Source: the human T2T-CHM13v2.0 reference genome, Homo sapiens
Length of the DNA: 64,000 nucleotides
Reading direction: 5' to 3' (one strand)
NCBI RefSeq assembly: GCF_009914755.1
Contig: NC_060932.1
Positions within the stretch are counted from its first letter, which is position 1. Each line of letters starts with the position of its first letter. The notes under the pieces are model-generated. The model saw only the letters and a list, made by a program, of their open reading frames with translations, was not told the origin of the DNA and made no database searches. Position numbers and translations under genes: made by a program. Positions 47,013 to 60,857 of this stretch are shown in pieces.

Positions 47013-49513
47013 TACATGCATGAATATACACTGTGTAATCTTGCTCAAGAAATATACTAGCTATAGCCCTTTAGTATAAATTTTCTTCTGTTAGCAATAT
47101 AAGAAAGTTTATATTTCTCTTCTTTTTTAAAGTAGAAATTATTAAGTGTATGCAAGAATCCAATGGGTAAGCACCATTCTTTCCAAAGAGGTTATGATTT
47201 TATTAGAACTAAATAAAGGGTTATTGCACAGTAACTCTACAATTAGCTCACACTGCCAAAGGACAATGATGGCAGTGTTTCCCAAGAATTGATGAGGATC
47301 CCAGGTGTTTTGAACTCAGGTGATTATTCTCACAACTCCAGCAACTAGTCAACTTGCCGTTTTAAGTCCCAAGCACAAAGAATTTGTCTGTAATATCCAA
47401 GGCAGGGCAATATCAAAATTCTGAATTGTTTGGAAAATACTTTGTTTTGTAAAGAAAAGAGCTGTAATGTATTAACTTTTCACGGATGTGAAACAGAACA
47501 GTTCAAAATTACCCAGTCAATTAGTTTTTCAAGCCAACATGCCTTCAACTGTAAAAACTGTATAAAAATCTACTGCAATTCAGAGGAAATAACCCAAGGA
47601 GTTTCTAAATCTCCACTAACTTTTAAGCAATCTAGTCACATTTAGTAGCTCGTAACATTGACTGATCTGTTTTCTATGAAATGAAATCTGAGCTGCATTC
47701 CGTTAACACCTCTTCTCCTGCTCCTTATCTTTCTCTTCTTTGGCCCTCTTCCTCTCACCTCAAGTAGGAATAGTACAACCTAGAAAGCAGACGTAGTACA
47801 AGACTCAACTCAGAACAGGGTTCTTGCCCAACATTACTTCTGATAAACTATCTCGTTTCGTGAGTCCAGTTGATTGATTTCTTTGTCACTCTGGATTAAA
47901 GAATTACTTCAATACCTTGCAACATTATTGTTATATGTCTCCACAATTCTCTGGGAAGCATTCTTTCTCCTCTCATCTACCTTTCCCCATCCTTCTTGGG
48001 ATCTCTGGACACTGGAATGGAGCTGTTTTAGCCATAATCTCTCGTAACTAGGAAGTCAAACTAAATTTTCCTCAATCTTCCCACCGTCAGTTGGTGCTCA
48101 AGCCTGTAATAAAATTCACGAATTCAGAAGGTCAAGCAACACCAAAATTATAAACTCACCCAATGCTGGTCTATGCAATTAGTATATAAAAGAACAAAAA
48201 TTAAAGATAAACGGTGGCTTTAAATATTTTCAGCTGACTAAAAGGAAAAGCATGTGAACTTCTGAAGACAAATTGTAACAAGTGTTTGATTTATTACATT
48301 AGAATCAAGTAGAGTCTCATGTACTTAGCAGCCAGTAGTTATATATCAGAAAAGAAATTAAACCCCAAATCCCTATAACACAGGAAGAGGGTACATATGT
48401 AGTTTATTTTCTCAGATTAAATACCCAGCTTTTAAAGTGATGCAATCATAATTGACATTTTAATAACAAATTAGACAGAGTACCTCTGCACATTAAATAA
48501 TATAGTTATTTTATACCATGGGTAATAAAATTGTATTTTAAATACCATACATGGCAAAGAAAAATAAAGGTTCCACCTAAAAGTAAATCTCAACCAAGGA
48601 AAAAAAAATTTTCCCTGGAAAACTCTTATGTTTTAAACCCAGTGTGGGGATGATGAGAAGCTTTCTGTTTTTACAGTGCTTTCTTCTATTTGCCTTGTAT
48701 TGATTTAGGTGCAAGCTTTCTAGAATTCTCCATATATAATAGAGGAAGGTACATACAAGGAGCTAAGATTCATACACAAGAAGCCATGACCCACCCATCC
48801 CACAAGCTTTAGAGACAGGAAAGACAGTGGTCTCTCCTATATGAAAAGAATAGGGGGAAAATGAGAAAAGAGCTCAAGTTACGCAGCAATTTCTTAGGCC
48901 TCCATGACTGGCCAATGATGCAGCTAAGACTGTCACCCCAAACTCCCAACCTTCTAACGTTTAACCCAGAGCTTTTTCTACCACACCTTGCTGTACCCAC
49001 ACCACAAAAATGAAAAATGCATTCCAGAATTCTCAGTCCCAGACACTAGAGAGTGTACAGCAGTGCATAGGAAGCCCCTAAAGAGTCAGACACTTCCCAC
49101 TCCATACCATTTTACTTCTCACATCTCCAGAGCCTGTCAAAAGTTTGCTTTATGGGAGTGACAGCTGAGTCAACTGTGCTAATTTGGGAGATGGAAGATG
49201 TTTTAGAAACTCTACTCTAGGCAAGTTCAGGTTCCTCTTGAATTCAGTTTCTCAAAATAAGAGTTAAGTAGTACATACCTCTTAGTTCTTCCTATCTACC
49301 AGGATACCACAGCCATCTTACCAAAAAAAAAAAGATTTCACTTACTGCCTGCTTACTACCAGATCTATCAAATCCGAAGCCTCAGCCACACTTGAGCCTT
49401 CCTGGTTTCATGCACCAATCTCTGCCTCATCTAATCAGTTTCTAGGCTTTCTTTCCTCTGACAATTATCCTTCATAGATTTCATCTGTTTAGTCCTTCCT
49501 TTCCATGTCCATT

Positions 49514-50080
49514 TGGAAAACTATATGGATTTTTCATGGTCCTACACAGTGGGCTGTCTGAGCAAAAGACATGTATAAATAGCAAAGAGCCTTGGAAGCC
49601 ATAGATAGTATATCCCTCCAGAGAGATTTAGAGATGCACCTCCCCAGAGGTTTTTGCTTACATCCCTGGCTAATAAAGCAGAAGATAATTTCCCCTCTCT
49701 CCTAGAGAAGATTGGCTAACAATCCAGGGTAATGGGTAACCTCTCCCTCTCTCTTTCTCAAGGGGAGACTGGGAAGATGAGTTAACAACTCTGTAAATGC
49801 TCAGTCTGCCAAAATTTGGGGTCCTCTGCTGTGGTGCACCTCATTGCACATGAAGGTGATACTCAACCCTCATGGAGTCATCCTGTGGGGATTAAGACAT
49901 GTGAAACTGATGCAAGTTGCAGCTCTAGCTGCTGTTTTTTGCCGTGAGTACTGAATCATCTGTGTCTGTAATTCAGGGGTCTTCTGTCTTCTGTCAGTAT
50001 TTGTATCTAAAATTGGGGCCAACTAACTTATTTGCTTGCAAGTGGAATAAAATCTTGGACCCTTCATAGGGTGACTTAAC
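49514..50080 (+). mobile_element. ERVL solo LTR, MER76/MER77-like, inserted in L2
   Basis: CTGAGCAAAAGACATG...GCTTGCAAGTGGAATAAAATCTTGGACCCTTCA end motif; L2 sequence on both sides. Confidence 0.65.
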
Positions 50081-50710
50081 ACCCACTGCCAATGCCTTAG
50101 ATTAGGTCCAAATCATCTGCTCATCTGATTTCAATTTATTCAGTGTTTTCCTATCTTCATTCTCTCCCCCTGTTGAATATATTCTCTTTTTAGTCATTAG
50201 AGTTATCGTCTAAAACTCAATTCTCATGCTAGCCTTCCCCTGCATAAAGCCTTCTACAGGATCACACATGCTTTGGGCAAAATGATTAAGCTGCTTAGCA
50301 TGATGTTGCACAATCTGGGCCTATCCCGTCTCTACTCCAAACCCTGAGCACTCTCTGCCACTTTGCTCCAGTGCTGTCTCAAGCTCTTCTCTGCCTGGAA
50401 TGCCTTTTAGCACCATTCTCCCCCACCCACCACCATCTCCACGTGATGAACATCTACCCATTATTTCAATGCCCATCTCAAATACCACCTCTTGTGGGAA
50501 GGCTTCCTAAAATCCACCAAGAGTTAGCTGATCTTTTTCCCAGGATCATCTGAAACACTGTTTTTGTGGCTGATGGAGCACACTTACTAATATTCTTTAT
50601 TCATAGGTTTGTCTGATCCACTAGATTGTAAGCTGTCTCATTTCAACAGATATTGTCCCCTGCAATACACAGTGTGTATTCAATTAAGAACTGTTGAATA
50701 AATGAATAAG
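50081..50710 (+). mobile_element. L2 3' portion
   Basis: CTCTGCCTGGAATGCC...CCACTAGATTGTAAGCT...TGTTGAATAAATGAAT L2 terminus. Confidence 0.7.
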
Positions 50711-53395
50711 AATAAGAATGGAAGTGGAAATATTTTCAAAGGCCTTAGTTCTCATCCTTTCGTCATCTACATGAGGCCCCAACCCTCACAAAATCTTGTG
50801 ACAATTTCCAGTGAAGCCATACATGTTATGTTCACAGGCTGCTACATGTGCAGGGAAGAATGACAAGCAGGGCTACTGTGCTTTATCATTAAAAAGTGCA
50901 TTTCCCATTACATACCCTCGCCACCTCTTCAACCACAGGCATCCCTCTATCACCAAAACCGAAGTGATCTCAGAGAGTTGAGAAACAGATAACCAAATAA
51001 TAGTTAATTTAGATATGTGAGTCATGTTTGAAACATTTAAAGCCTTTTGTTTATTAACATTTTATTTACTAAGACTCTTAATGACTCCCTGTTCCACTTG
51101 GTCAAGGAAACGAAGTTATTTCATCCAGAAATGCAATTACTTCTCCTGGCCTTCAAATCTGAAGTGCAAACAAGTTTGATGAACCTGATTCTTAAGCTGG
51201 AGGATCAGTCTACTGGGCTTCATGGCTGGCTGCCAAAAGAAGGATTCACTGGAAAAATGATGAACGAGGCCACCAATCATGAAGGAAAAAAACAGAGCAA
51301 AGTCTGAAACACTGAAAACAGGAGAAGGAAGATATCAGGTAACATTTTCATTGGGACTGAAACTTTAATTGGGAGAATAAGTGTTCATTACAGACTGTGT
51401 CCCTGGAATACTTTGGCTAAGAGATTCCAATGAGTGTTAAAATCATTACTGAATGGCCTCAATCTAAACAAACACCCACCTTTTCCATTTCACACTGAGA
51501 TGAAATTACTTTGCTGTGTACAACAAAAAAAAAAAAACCCCTGGGGTTGTCAGTTTCTCCTTTCCCAGAGGGGTTGTGAAAGTTCTTTTTCCTTCTCCTT
51601 ACTCCTCTGCTCAAATTTAGATGTTAGTCTTGTGAAAGTTTTCAATCTGGCACTCAGACTATTGCCCCACAAGCAACACCAACATCTCTACCCAGTGCAA
51701 GCCTGATTTTCCACATATGCACATGCAAACACAGGGCCGTCCCCTCTCAGCAGAGGAAGCTCTGACAAGCATCTGAGTGGTGCGGGGAAAGAAAGCTCAG
51801 CGTTGTTTATAACAAGAGTCATCACGGACCAGGAAGAACAAAGCAGCAAGAACTGACAAAGAAGATGATACCCAGAGCACAAGGAAGAAGTAGTTTTGTT
51901 GGAAGAAATGTCCCTCCTATATTTTCACTTATTCTGGATTTCTGTGGCTCACTCCTAATTGACAGATCAGGAAATGCAGAGGTTTTCTCCAGTAAGCCAG
52001 GATCATTAGCATGCAAGAACCCGAGGCTTTGTGCCTACAGCAACTTTTTGTTACAAAGAAGATAAAAATGATGTATTGTATATTATATTCCATCAGCAGA
52101 GATCATGAAGATCATAATACTTGAAATACAGCCTTGCCTCACCCCACCTATCAATAGATAGATTGCGTGGTGCAGTTTGAGGGCTTCAGCCTGTCTTCTT
52201 CTTTATTTTATTTTTTCCAAAGAAAAGCACATAATGAAACCTGTAAAGCAAATCACTCAAACGAGTGATTGGAAACAAATGAAAATGAGTAGTGTTTAAA
52301 TAATTAACACCTGCCAAATGAGGACGAGCAGCCTTATTGCTGATATTAAATCATGTCCTTTAACGTCTGAAACAGATGACAGTAAGTAATTCCAAACAGA
52401 CAAGGTGAAGCTAATTTTTAGTTCTTGGAAAGTTGAATGAGTTTCAGTAAAGTTGACCAAAAAAAAAAAAAAAGGGCTTCATTTTGATTTAGTCAATTCT
52501 ACTTCAGAAAGCTGGGTTTGCATTAAACCTTTTCTTTGGTTTAACATACTATAAATGAACAGCTTTAAGTCATGGTTTAAAATATATTCATTATTCAGTA
52601 AGCTAATGATGTATGTTCCACCTGGTTGCTGTGGAGCCTTGTAAGTAAAAATTGAGGGTAGTATTTTGTTACCAAGAAAAAATATTAGCCTTGCCAAGTT
52701 TCCAGTCAATAAATATAACTTACAATAGTGCTGCCAGATAGGCAAATAAAGATGCCTCCTGCCCACCCACCCACCAACAGGAGAAAACCAAAAGAGAAGT
52801 GTTATCCTAATCTGGACCAAGATTTAAAATGTCATAAGCACTAGGCAAAATAATCCTTAGCTCTATTAATGTATGAGGAAGAAAAAGACATAATATGGCT
52901 TAAATAATGCCATGGTTTAAAGAGTAACTAATGAAAACTCCAGCAGCTCTCTGCATTCCTATCTCACCTGGGGTTTTATGCCCAGTCATTGAATTAGACT
53001 TGAGTGACAGCCTTCAAGGCCAAGGGTTGGCTTCCAACTCCGCCTCTTGGGCTGCAAGAGTTGGGAACTACAGCAGGGCCCTTAACTCAGAATTCTACCA
53101 CTTCACCTAACCCTGCCTCCAGACGAAGCAACAATGAGACTGTCTGCAGTCATGTTTCATTTCTTATTTTGTTTTGTGGAGGGTGGCGGTTGAGGAAAGC
53201 AGGTGATGGTGATGACGCTAACTCCCCTTCGCGTTAATGGGACCATTCATTTTAATTGGACTTAGTGTTGCAACCACCTTCTTATAAATTAACAAGGTTC
53301 TTTGACAATCCAGATGCTTCGTATTAAAACATGTTTGGAAAGTAACTACTCTGCACCTGAAATGGTCCACTTTAGATATCTTGGCTATTTAACAG

Positions 53396-53447
53396 GGTGT
53401 GTGCGGTGTGTGGTGTGTGGTGTGTGGTGTGTGTGGGTGTGTGGTGT

Positions 53448-53489
<42 letters not shown>
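53396..53489. repeat. Compound (GTGTG)n/(TG)n microsatellite
   Basis: GGTGTGT/GGTGT units followed by a pure TG run. Confidence 0.93.
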
Positions 53490-53490
<1 letters not shown>

Positions 53491-54619
53491 TTCCAAAACC
53501 GTACAGGAACATTGTCTCCAACAAGAAGTAACTGCTCATAAAAATGTTAGCCTGGTTAGAACCAGGACAATGGCAGCACTTAAGATATGAGAGGCAATGA
53601 GCTTGCTTCTTTTTTGCTGCTCTTCTCTCAAACACAGCTTCATTATTAGAACATTGTTTGGAAAATGTTATCATCTGATCTAACAGCATGTTCCTCAGAA
53701 AATGAGTTGGTGCCTACTATCACATGATCAGAAGCCATCAGTAATCTAATTACTCTGGGAACCAAATCTGACATGACATGAGCTCCTCCTATTTTTCTTC
53801 TTCTTTTCTGAAACCAAACCTCTTCACATCATTGCATTTTAACCAATGAGAGATTCTGTTCCTGGTAGGCAGACCATGGGACCCAGAGGAATATTTCCAG
53901 GTAAAGACACCAGCTTGATCACAGTCCAAAAAGCTTATCTCTCCCCCATCAAAAAATCTAAGCGTGCCTTCCCCCTCCCCCACATCAGAATAGTTTCACA
54001 AATACTATACAAATTGCTAGTACCACCTACTGGCAAAAAAAGCAGAACCAACCTAATAACTCTTAAGAGAAAGCAGGAAATGCTACCTAAAGACAGGCCC
54101 TCCTGATGCTCGGTGTCTTGAGTAACAACAGTGGAACCCAAGTCACCTAATTCCACAAGGATATGTTTTGAAATATAATTCTATGTTTGTGAAAAGCTTT
54201 TTAAGTCGTGGGTATATGGGGATCCATTATTATTCCCATACCATAGATGAAAAGTGAAGTGAACTACCTAAATTAAAATATAAAGTCAGTAAAAACTTTC
54301 AAGCTGGACTTTATTTTCTTTCACCTTTACTTTAAGAAATGTCTTTTTATTCATTATATACTGTAAATCAGTACCTGTGGTTAAACCTGAGATTTTTTTG
54401 CTGTGGGACCTCTGGACAAGTAAAAAAGCATAAGATACTTGAAGTTATGATATGTGGGGTTTTTTTCCATCTTCACCACAAAATTCACAAGTTATATAAT
54501 ATCCCTGATGACTTAGTTTTCTCATGTGTAAAGTGGGTACAATTACATCTTTAAAATCCACAGAAAATATATAAGGTTATAATCACATACTTGGAAATGT
54601 TTTTTAAAAATTAAAAAGT

Positions 54620-54790
54620 AAGAAAGAACGGGGAGGAGCAGAAAGGAAGTGAAGGAAAGAGGAGGGAAGGGAAAGAAAGCAAAAGAAAGTCAAGAGAAGA
54701 AGAGAAGGGGAAAAGAAAGAAGAAAAGGGGACAAAGAAGGGCAGAAAAGGGCAGATGAGGGGAGGTCAGAGGAAATGAGAGAGAAAATTA
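54620..54790. repeat. GA-rich low-complexity tract
   Basis: Nearly all-purine stretch. Confidence 0.8.
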
Positions 54791-55090
54791 AAAAGACTTC
54801 TCCACACATTCAAAGCATTAGATTACGTTTGGACAGTACGTTTCAGCCAGTTAGAAATGTTGGCCATTTGTATTAAGTGAAACTAATTAAAACTATCATG
54901 CGGGTCATTCTCACACTAATACAATTTTCAGTTTCTAACATAGTACTCTAATGTGTGAGATTCATGTTTGCTTTTCCAAAGATGGCAAGGCCTAGGGTAG
55001 ACAGTATGAAATAAGATGCCATCCCACTTAATTTATTGCATTGCTGACTAATTATTCCATGAGAGTTAGTCTTGCCAGTCTGGTTCTTTT

Positions 55091-55128
55091 TATTTTTTCC
55101 AGCTTTATTGAAGTAGAATTGACAAATT
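55091..55128 (-). mobile_element. Ultra-short 5'-truncated L1MA/MB 3' end
   Basis: TTTTCCAGCTTTATTGAAGTAGAATTGACAAAT flanked by CAGTCTG(G)TTCTTTT duplication. Confidence 0.6.
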
Positions 55129-56109
55129 CAGTCTGTTCTTTTAGAGGGCAAGGAACTGGCATTGTTGCAGTCTTCTGTTTAGCCCCAAAAAGTCTAGAAT
55201 GAGATTAGCCACGGAAAGGAAAGCCAATATTCTTGCTTTATTAGGGCTTTGCATTAGTTGCTTCTCCCACCCTGCCTTTCTTATGTTCCATCTTCATGTT
55301 TCTACTTTTTCCCCCTCATTCCATTCCAGGTTAATTCACAATGCAACATAGTAGTTGAAGCTTTGGAATTACATAGACTGGATTCAAATTTTAAATGCCA
55401 AAAGCCACAATTACTTTTGCACCAACCTAATACCTTGCTAGATGAATGTCTTACAGAAATTCTTTCATTCCTTAATTTTTTTGCTCTTCATTGCACAAAT
55501 GTCTTCTATGTACCCACTATGAATCAAGCATTGCTCCAGGAGGATTCAGGGGTAAAAAGAGACAATTTCTGCCCTTAGGGAGCTTACACACCAGTATATT
55601 CCAATTGTCATCAAAAACGAAAATGAGTTTCAAAAGGATGAAATGTGGGTGATTTACTTAGCTCAGTGTTTGGAACACAGCAAGTGCTCACCAATGGCAG
55701 TTCAAATTTTTTGTTACCTAGGACAACAGCTAAAACAGGGAAGCTCTGTCTCTGAACACCATCAAGAGTTACAGAACCATGATTTTCATTTGAAGTAATT
55801 AGGTTAGTCACATTTCCGAAAGAACAACCACAGCTGGTCAGTTCAAACAAAAGTCCCAGCCAGGGTTAAAATACAGTAGCTTAGCCATCAAGGATGTATA
55901 GGCCACACGTCTTGCTATTGGGCATACAGAGACATAGGCCTTTCCAGATAACTATCCTCTGGAGTGATATAGTAAGAAGGAGCACAGCATAGTGGAATCC
56001 ATCCAGTATATTCAGTCTTCATTATTAGTTTTGTGGCCTTATCTAAGTTTCTGACTTTCCTTGAAATCCAGCTTATACACCTACCAATATCATCCCATTT
56101 TCTGTTTCC

Positions 56110-56410
56110 TTTTTCTGAAATGCTTTTCCCTGGGATATCTGCTTGCCCTTCTGCTTATCCAAGAGAACTTGCCTGATCAGCTATATAAAATAGCAGCCTC
56201 TCACATTCCAGTTGCACTCTATCCACGTATTACCTTTCATTTACCTTCATAGCATGTCATTTCAGATGACATTACAGATTTGTTTATTCATAGGGTGCTT
56301 GACTTCTCAACTCTAGAATGTTGGCAAAGATGTTGTCACTGCTAAAACCCCAGCATTTAGAACAGGTCTCGATCCAAAGTGCTGCTCTGTAAGTATTTGT
56401 TTAAAAAATG
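56110..56410 (+). mobile_element. L2 3' fragment
   Basis: CTATATAAAATAGCA...CTTCATAGCA...TTTGTTTATT..CTAGAATG...CCCAGCATTTAGAACAG. Confidence 0.55.
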
Positions 56411-56716
56411 AAAAAATACATCAAAAATTGCCTACAAGTTTACTAAGATCATACATCTATTGAATTCTACCCGTTGGATGTTTTAGTGCTTAGAGGAGTC
56501 CCTTGACCCCAAGTTATGAATCTTTGTAAATCCTAGCTTGTTCATCTAACATCCAAATGTTAGATCATTAAGTCTAGCATATCAAATATTGCTCTTAGGC
56601 TTTTTAGTTGAGGTCCTCCTGAATATGGAAAGACCTATACCCACCAAAAACTTTAAGTAAAGAACACTACAGAGAAAAGAAAGTCTTCTTTTTGATCTCT
56701 TCTTTGTTGTCTAGAC

Positions 56717-56900
56717 CAGTGGGTCTCAAACTTTAGTCTGTGTCAGAACCACCTGCAAGTCTTGTGAAAATGGAAATGATTGAGCCCTGCCCCCAGAGCT
56801 TCTGGTTCAGTAGGCTTAGGGCGAGGCCCAGGAATTTGCATTTCTAACAAGCTCTCGTGATGCAGATGCTGCTGGTTAGAGGACATGTTTTGAGAATTTC
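56717..56900 (+). mobile_element. MER5A (hAT-Charlie)
   Basis: CAGTGGGTCTCAAACTTTAG..TCAGAACCACCTG...CCCAGGAATTTGCATTTCTAACAAGCTC..GATGCTGCTGGT. Confidence 0.85.
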
Positions 56901-59196
56901 ATCTGATTTCACAATGAAGAAATAAAAACTGCTACAAGCCTTCCCACTTTCACCCTGACTCTGTCTCGGCTCACTCTATAAGAGAAGTAATAATTGCATT
57001 TACTCCCTGATTTAACAAACTTGAAAGTTATGTTCTGGGAGTGTGGGCAAGTTTTGTGTTTTAGTTCTATAATGAAATCTGGGCTTCAGCATCATTAACC
57101 AATCTGCTTCATAATGAAAATTAATTATTATGGTCATTAGACTAAATGGTTTCTGTCATCTGCAAAGACATAATTGGTACGGAAAATTGTCTCACAAATA
57201 TGAAATAATCAATCAGCAAAGGCTGACTATACCCATGGTTTTTTTCTTTACTAGTTTCCAATGGAGCAGCCCAGAAGTCACTTTGGAACAGAAAGAAGTG
57301 GGGAGGCAGTGAGCTACTCTAACAAGGAATGGAAGATGTGTGGCCTAAACAGTAAAACATCTTCTTTAAAGTACAATTTTCATAGTTTCAGGGGAAAAGG
57401 CAAACTCATAGAGAGGCCATGGAGAGGGGGCTGGAGGAAAGTTCTTTCTCCAAGGCAAATTCTACAAATATGGCACCCTCTTGACAGATTTAAAGTAATA
57501 TGATAACATGACAGTTGAAACAATGGTGATAAAAATTCAGTGGAAGAAGCAATAGGAAATATGTATAATCAAAATATCAAAAGTGATATTAGGAAGGAGA
57601 GAGTCTCAGTAGAATGGCTATTTTATGGACTCACCAATGCCTCCTCCAATCATGCTGGTAAGCTTGCTTCCTCTGATGTTAGAACTTGACTATACCTCTG
57701 AGAGAAAGAGTTCATCAATCCCCTGGGATTGCCAGAGGGTCCTTGCTCTGCAATCAGTGTGCTTCAAAGGTTCATTTGTATTAAAATTCAACTTGCTTAG
57801 AACTAGGTTCTCCTTTTAAGCCTGTTTTCCTATTTGTCTGAATACACAAATCTACAAAGCCATCTAACAAATATTTATTTAACACCTACTTCGGCAGGGT
57901 GCAAAATTTAAAAAGCATTTATTGGTAACTGGGATAAGGGGAAAGGACAAGATTATAAAAGAAATAGAAATCTTTTTCTTTACCCTTAAGAGTTTAAAAT
58001 CTGGTCAGAGACTAAAATAAACAAAAGTAATTACATCAGAACAATACAAATTAACATATCTTCCAGTAAGACTATAAGAGCAATTTAATTAGAGAAGAAA
58101 ATTTTCTTTGTGGATTAGCATGAAGAAATATCAAATGCAGACTCAGATGCATCTGTGGGTATAGATAAATATTTCTATGAATGAGATGCTGATTTTGACC
58201 CCAATATACTCACAAAACAAATGGATGTTGACATATGCCAAGATGACTGGGATCATTTAAGCTGATAAATAAATTACTAAATTAAGCAGCCTCAATCAAG
58301 CATTATTTGTAGGGGTACCATGCTACCAAAGTTTATCATGTTTGCTTTGAAGAAAAGTTCTTCATGCAGAAATGTGGCTAATTGTACATTGTTCTAAATA
58401 ATATCAGATGGAGAAGGTTGCAATTTAGGGAAGATTGCTCCTAGGATAACAATATTAAACAAACATACTAATAATGGCCTAGTGTGAATCCAAAAACAGG
58501 GTCAGCTATTCTGTGAATTCTCCCCCTCCCTCCCTTGAGGAACTAAGAGAGGATGTATTGAACCCAAAGCAAACTGAACCATTCACTTTCCATTTTGAGC
58601 CCACTTCTGGCCCTGATTGCAGTGTAAGCATTTGGCTTTTTTATGAGTTGCTTCATCAGTACCAACTAGAAAAGGACTTGAACACAGAGAGCCCTTGAAC
58701 ATGCAAAGTCTAATTGTCTTCATTAAAATGAAGAAACGGATGCATCCATCTATCTCAGTGGGAGCTAGTTGCTTACATGTATCTGAGGGATTTGGCTGAG
58801 TACAGCTCTTTTTTTTTTTTTTTTCCAATTCCCATTGTTTGTAACAAGTCTTTTATCATCTTGAAGTCTGAATTAACATTTCTGTCTCCACCAGTTTCGT
58901 TGTTTTTCCATTTGGCAAACTCTAGGTTTTTCCTGTTGTCTTCCCTTTGGGTCATGAATTAGCATAGTTGTGCAATGTTTATTGTTTGTTACGCCTTTAT
59001 TTTTTGATGTCATCCTTAAAGATGTCAAATCTTCCTTGAGCCGTACTGGAAAACCCAAAGATTTCCATGAAGCAGGGGTCTGGGAAAATGGAATATTTGA
59101 TGGAAGCCTATGGCTTTATTGGTGAAGCTGTTTTGTTTTAAGCATACTCAGCATGCTTTTCTCTTAGGGACTAATTCAGTAGCATGTAATTCCCCT

Positions 59197-59228
<32 letters not shown>
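59197..59228. repeat. (CA)n microsatellite
   Basis: CA run. Confidence 0.92.
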
Positions 59229-59254
59229 TCCATTGTTTCAACTGCAGAGTCAGC

Positions 59255-59540
59255 ACAGCAGCTGTGGATAATAGAGTCAGTAAGCAGTCGGTAAGCATTG
59301 TGTTTAAGTTTCATCTTTGGGTGAAATACCTCCTGGATTCAAATCCCAGTACTGTCCCTTACCAGCCACATATAACCCCTCAGAACTTGAGTTTTAGCCT
59401 CTATTAAATAAGAGGGAAAAAAATATCATTCAGGAGTATTATGAGGAATAAATAATATTGTATATATAAAATGCTTAGCAGGATTCTTACTAAGCCCACT
59501 ACTAATATACACAAATACCAATAATGATAGCTTTTTAATG
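59255..59540 (+). mobile_element. MIR SINE
   Basis: CCTGGATTCAAATCCCAGT...TATGAGGAATAAATAA...AAATGCTTAGCA. Confidence 0.6.
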
Positions 59541-60387
59541 ATTATGATCACAGCTTAGGAAGCAATATCAAATTTTGATGATCAAATGATCTACCATGTT
59601 GATTATTCTGTATGTAAATTATTCAGCAGCGAGTAGAATTATTTCTTATCCCCACACCCCTCACTGCTCTGCTCATACAAACCTCTTCATTTCTTATTCT
59701 GACAACTTTTCTTAGGCTGTCAAAGACACAGGAAGTAAAATCATTTGTATTATGATTTCATAACTATAACATAGATGGATTGGGCAGGCAGTTGAATAAA
59801 AAAATGGAACATTAGTTGTTAAAGATTCAGTTCCCTCTAGTCTTCCTTCTCCCACTTGAGGAAAGTCAGAAGTGAGGGAGGAAAAATGACATTGCACTAA
59901 AGTGTTTTACGGATGTCTTGGGGAAAAATAAATATGCAGTCTACATGCAAGGTATCATTATATCATTATCACACTGCATTCATTTAATAAGAGATTAAAG
60001 TGTTCCAGCTCACAGCAACCAAACTTGCTTCAAACTTTCCCATGGTTTCTTTGATATTTTTTATTTGAAGGAGGCTTCCATTTAGAACAATTGCTGTAAT
60101 ATATTGGTTTTAAACTAAAGCCCTCTTGGACATCGGAAGTACCTTTAATCTGATCATAAAATTAACTGCTCCCTTGTTTGCTCAGATTTGTTTCTTCCCA
60201 AATTATGGCAACCTCACTTCATCCTATTACGCCAGTAACAACCAGAACATAACTACAGGCCCTTACTCCACTACATTCTAAAATACAATCTTTGAGCCCC
60301 TTCTTTCATGGATCCCTGGAGAAACAAGTACTTGTGTAATCCCAGGGATGCTGAAAGGCTGGAAAATAATTTCCACTGCACTGTCTG

Positions 60388-60790
60388 TGTTACAGATTGG
60401 ATTCTCCAGAAGTAGACACTAAGGGAGTTTGGGGGTGTGAAGTTTTGTCAGAGATTACACCTAGGAATGGAAGGTGAGGAAACAGGGTGGGGCGGAGGAT
60501 GACATCAAGTTGTGTCATAGATCAGATCCCACAAAGTGTCAGTTCACCCAGCAGAGTGCTCTGGAGTGACTATTTTTCCTTTAGTGTCTCCCACAGTGCA
60601 AACTGTCTAAACTTTTATACCCACTTCTTACTCAGTCACCAGATACAGACAGGGTGGCTTTAGGCAGCTGAGATACATGAAAGGGGCTGAGAACTGGAGG
60701 CTCTTTGCCAAATACACTTCCCGTGACTGAGGACTGAGGCAACAAGTCCCTCCTTGAAGAAGATCTGGGCACCTCATCTTCAGACTCCTC
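60388..60790 (-). mobile_element. ERVL solo LTR, LTR16(B)-like
   Basis: GATTCTCCAGAAGTAGACACT...GCAGCTGAG..GAAAGGGGCTGA..CTGGAGGCT...GGCAACAAGTCCCTCCTTGAAG..GATCTGGGC is the reverse of the recalled LTR16B consensus. Confidence 0.7.
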
Positions 60791-60857
60791 CCCTCAGTCC
60801 CATCTCCATGGGCTCCACGTAAAAGGAGAGAAACATATGTGCAGCCATATGTTTTCC

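Noticed and set aside
53846-53910. Possible exon ending CCAG|GTAAAG at ~53900
   Set aside because: An isolated moderate donor with no convincing acceptor or recognisable peptide; expected by chance.
54649-54876. Lys/Glu/Arg-rich ORF
   Set aside because: Artefact of a GA-rich low-complexity tract.
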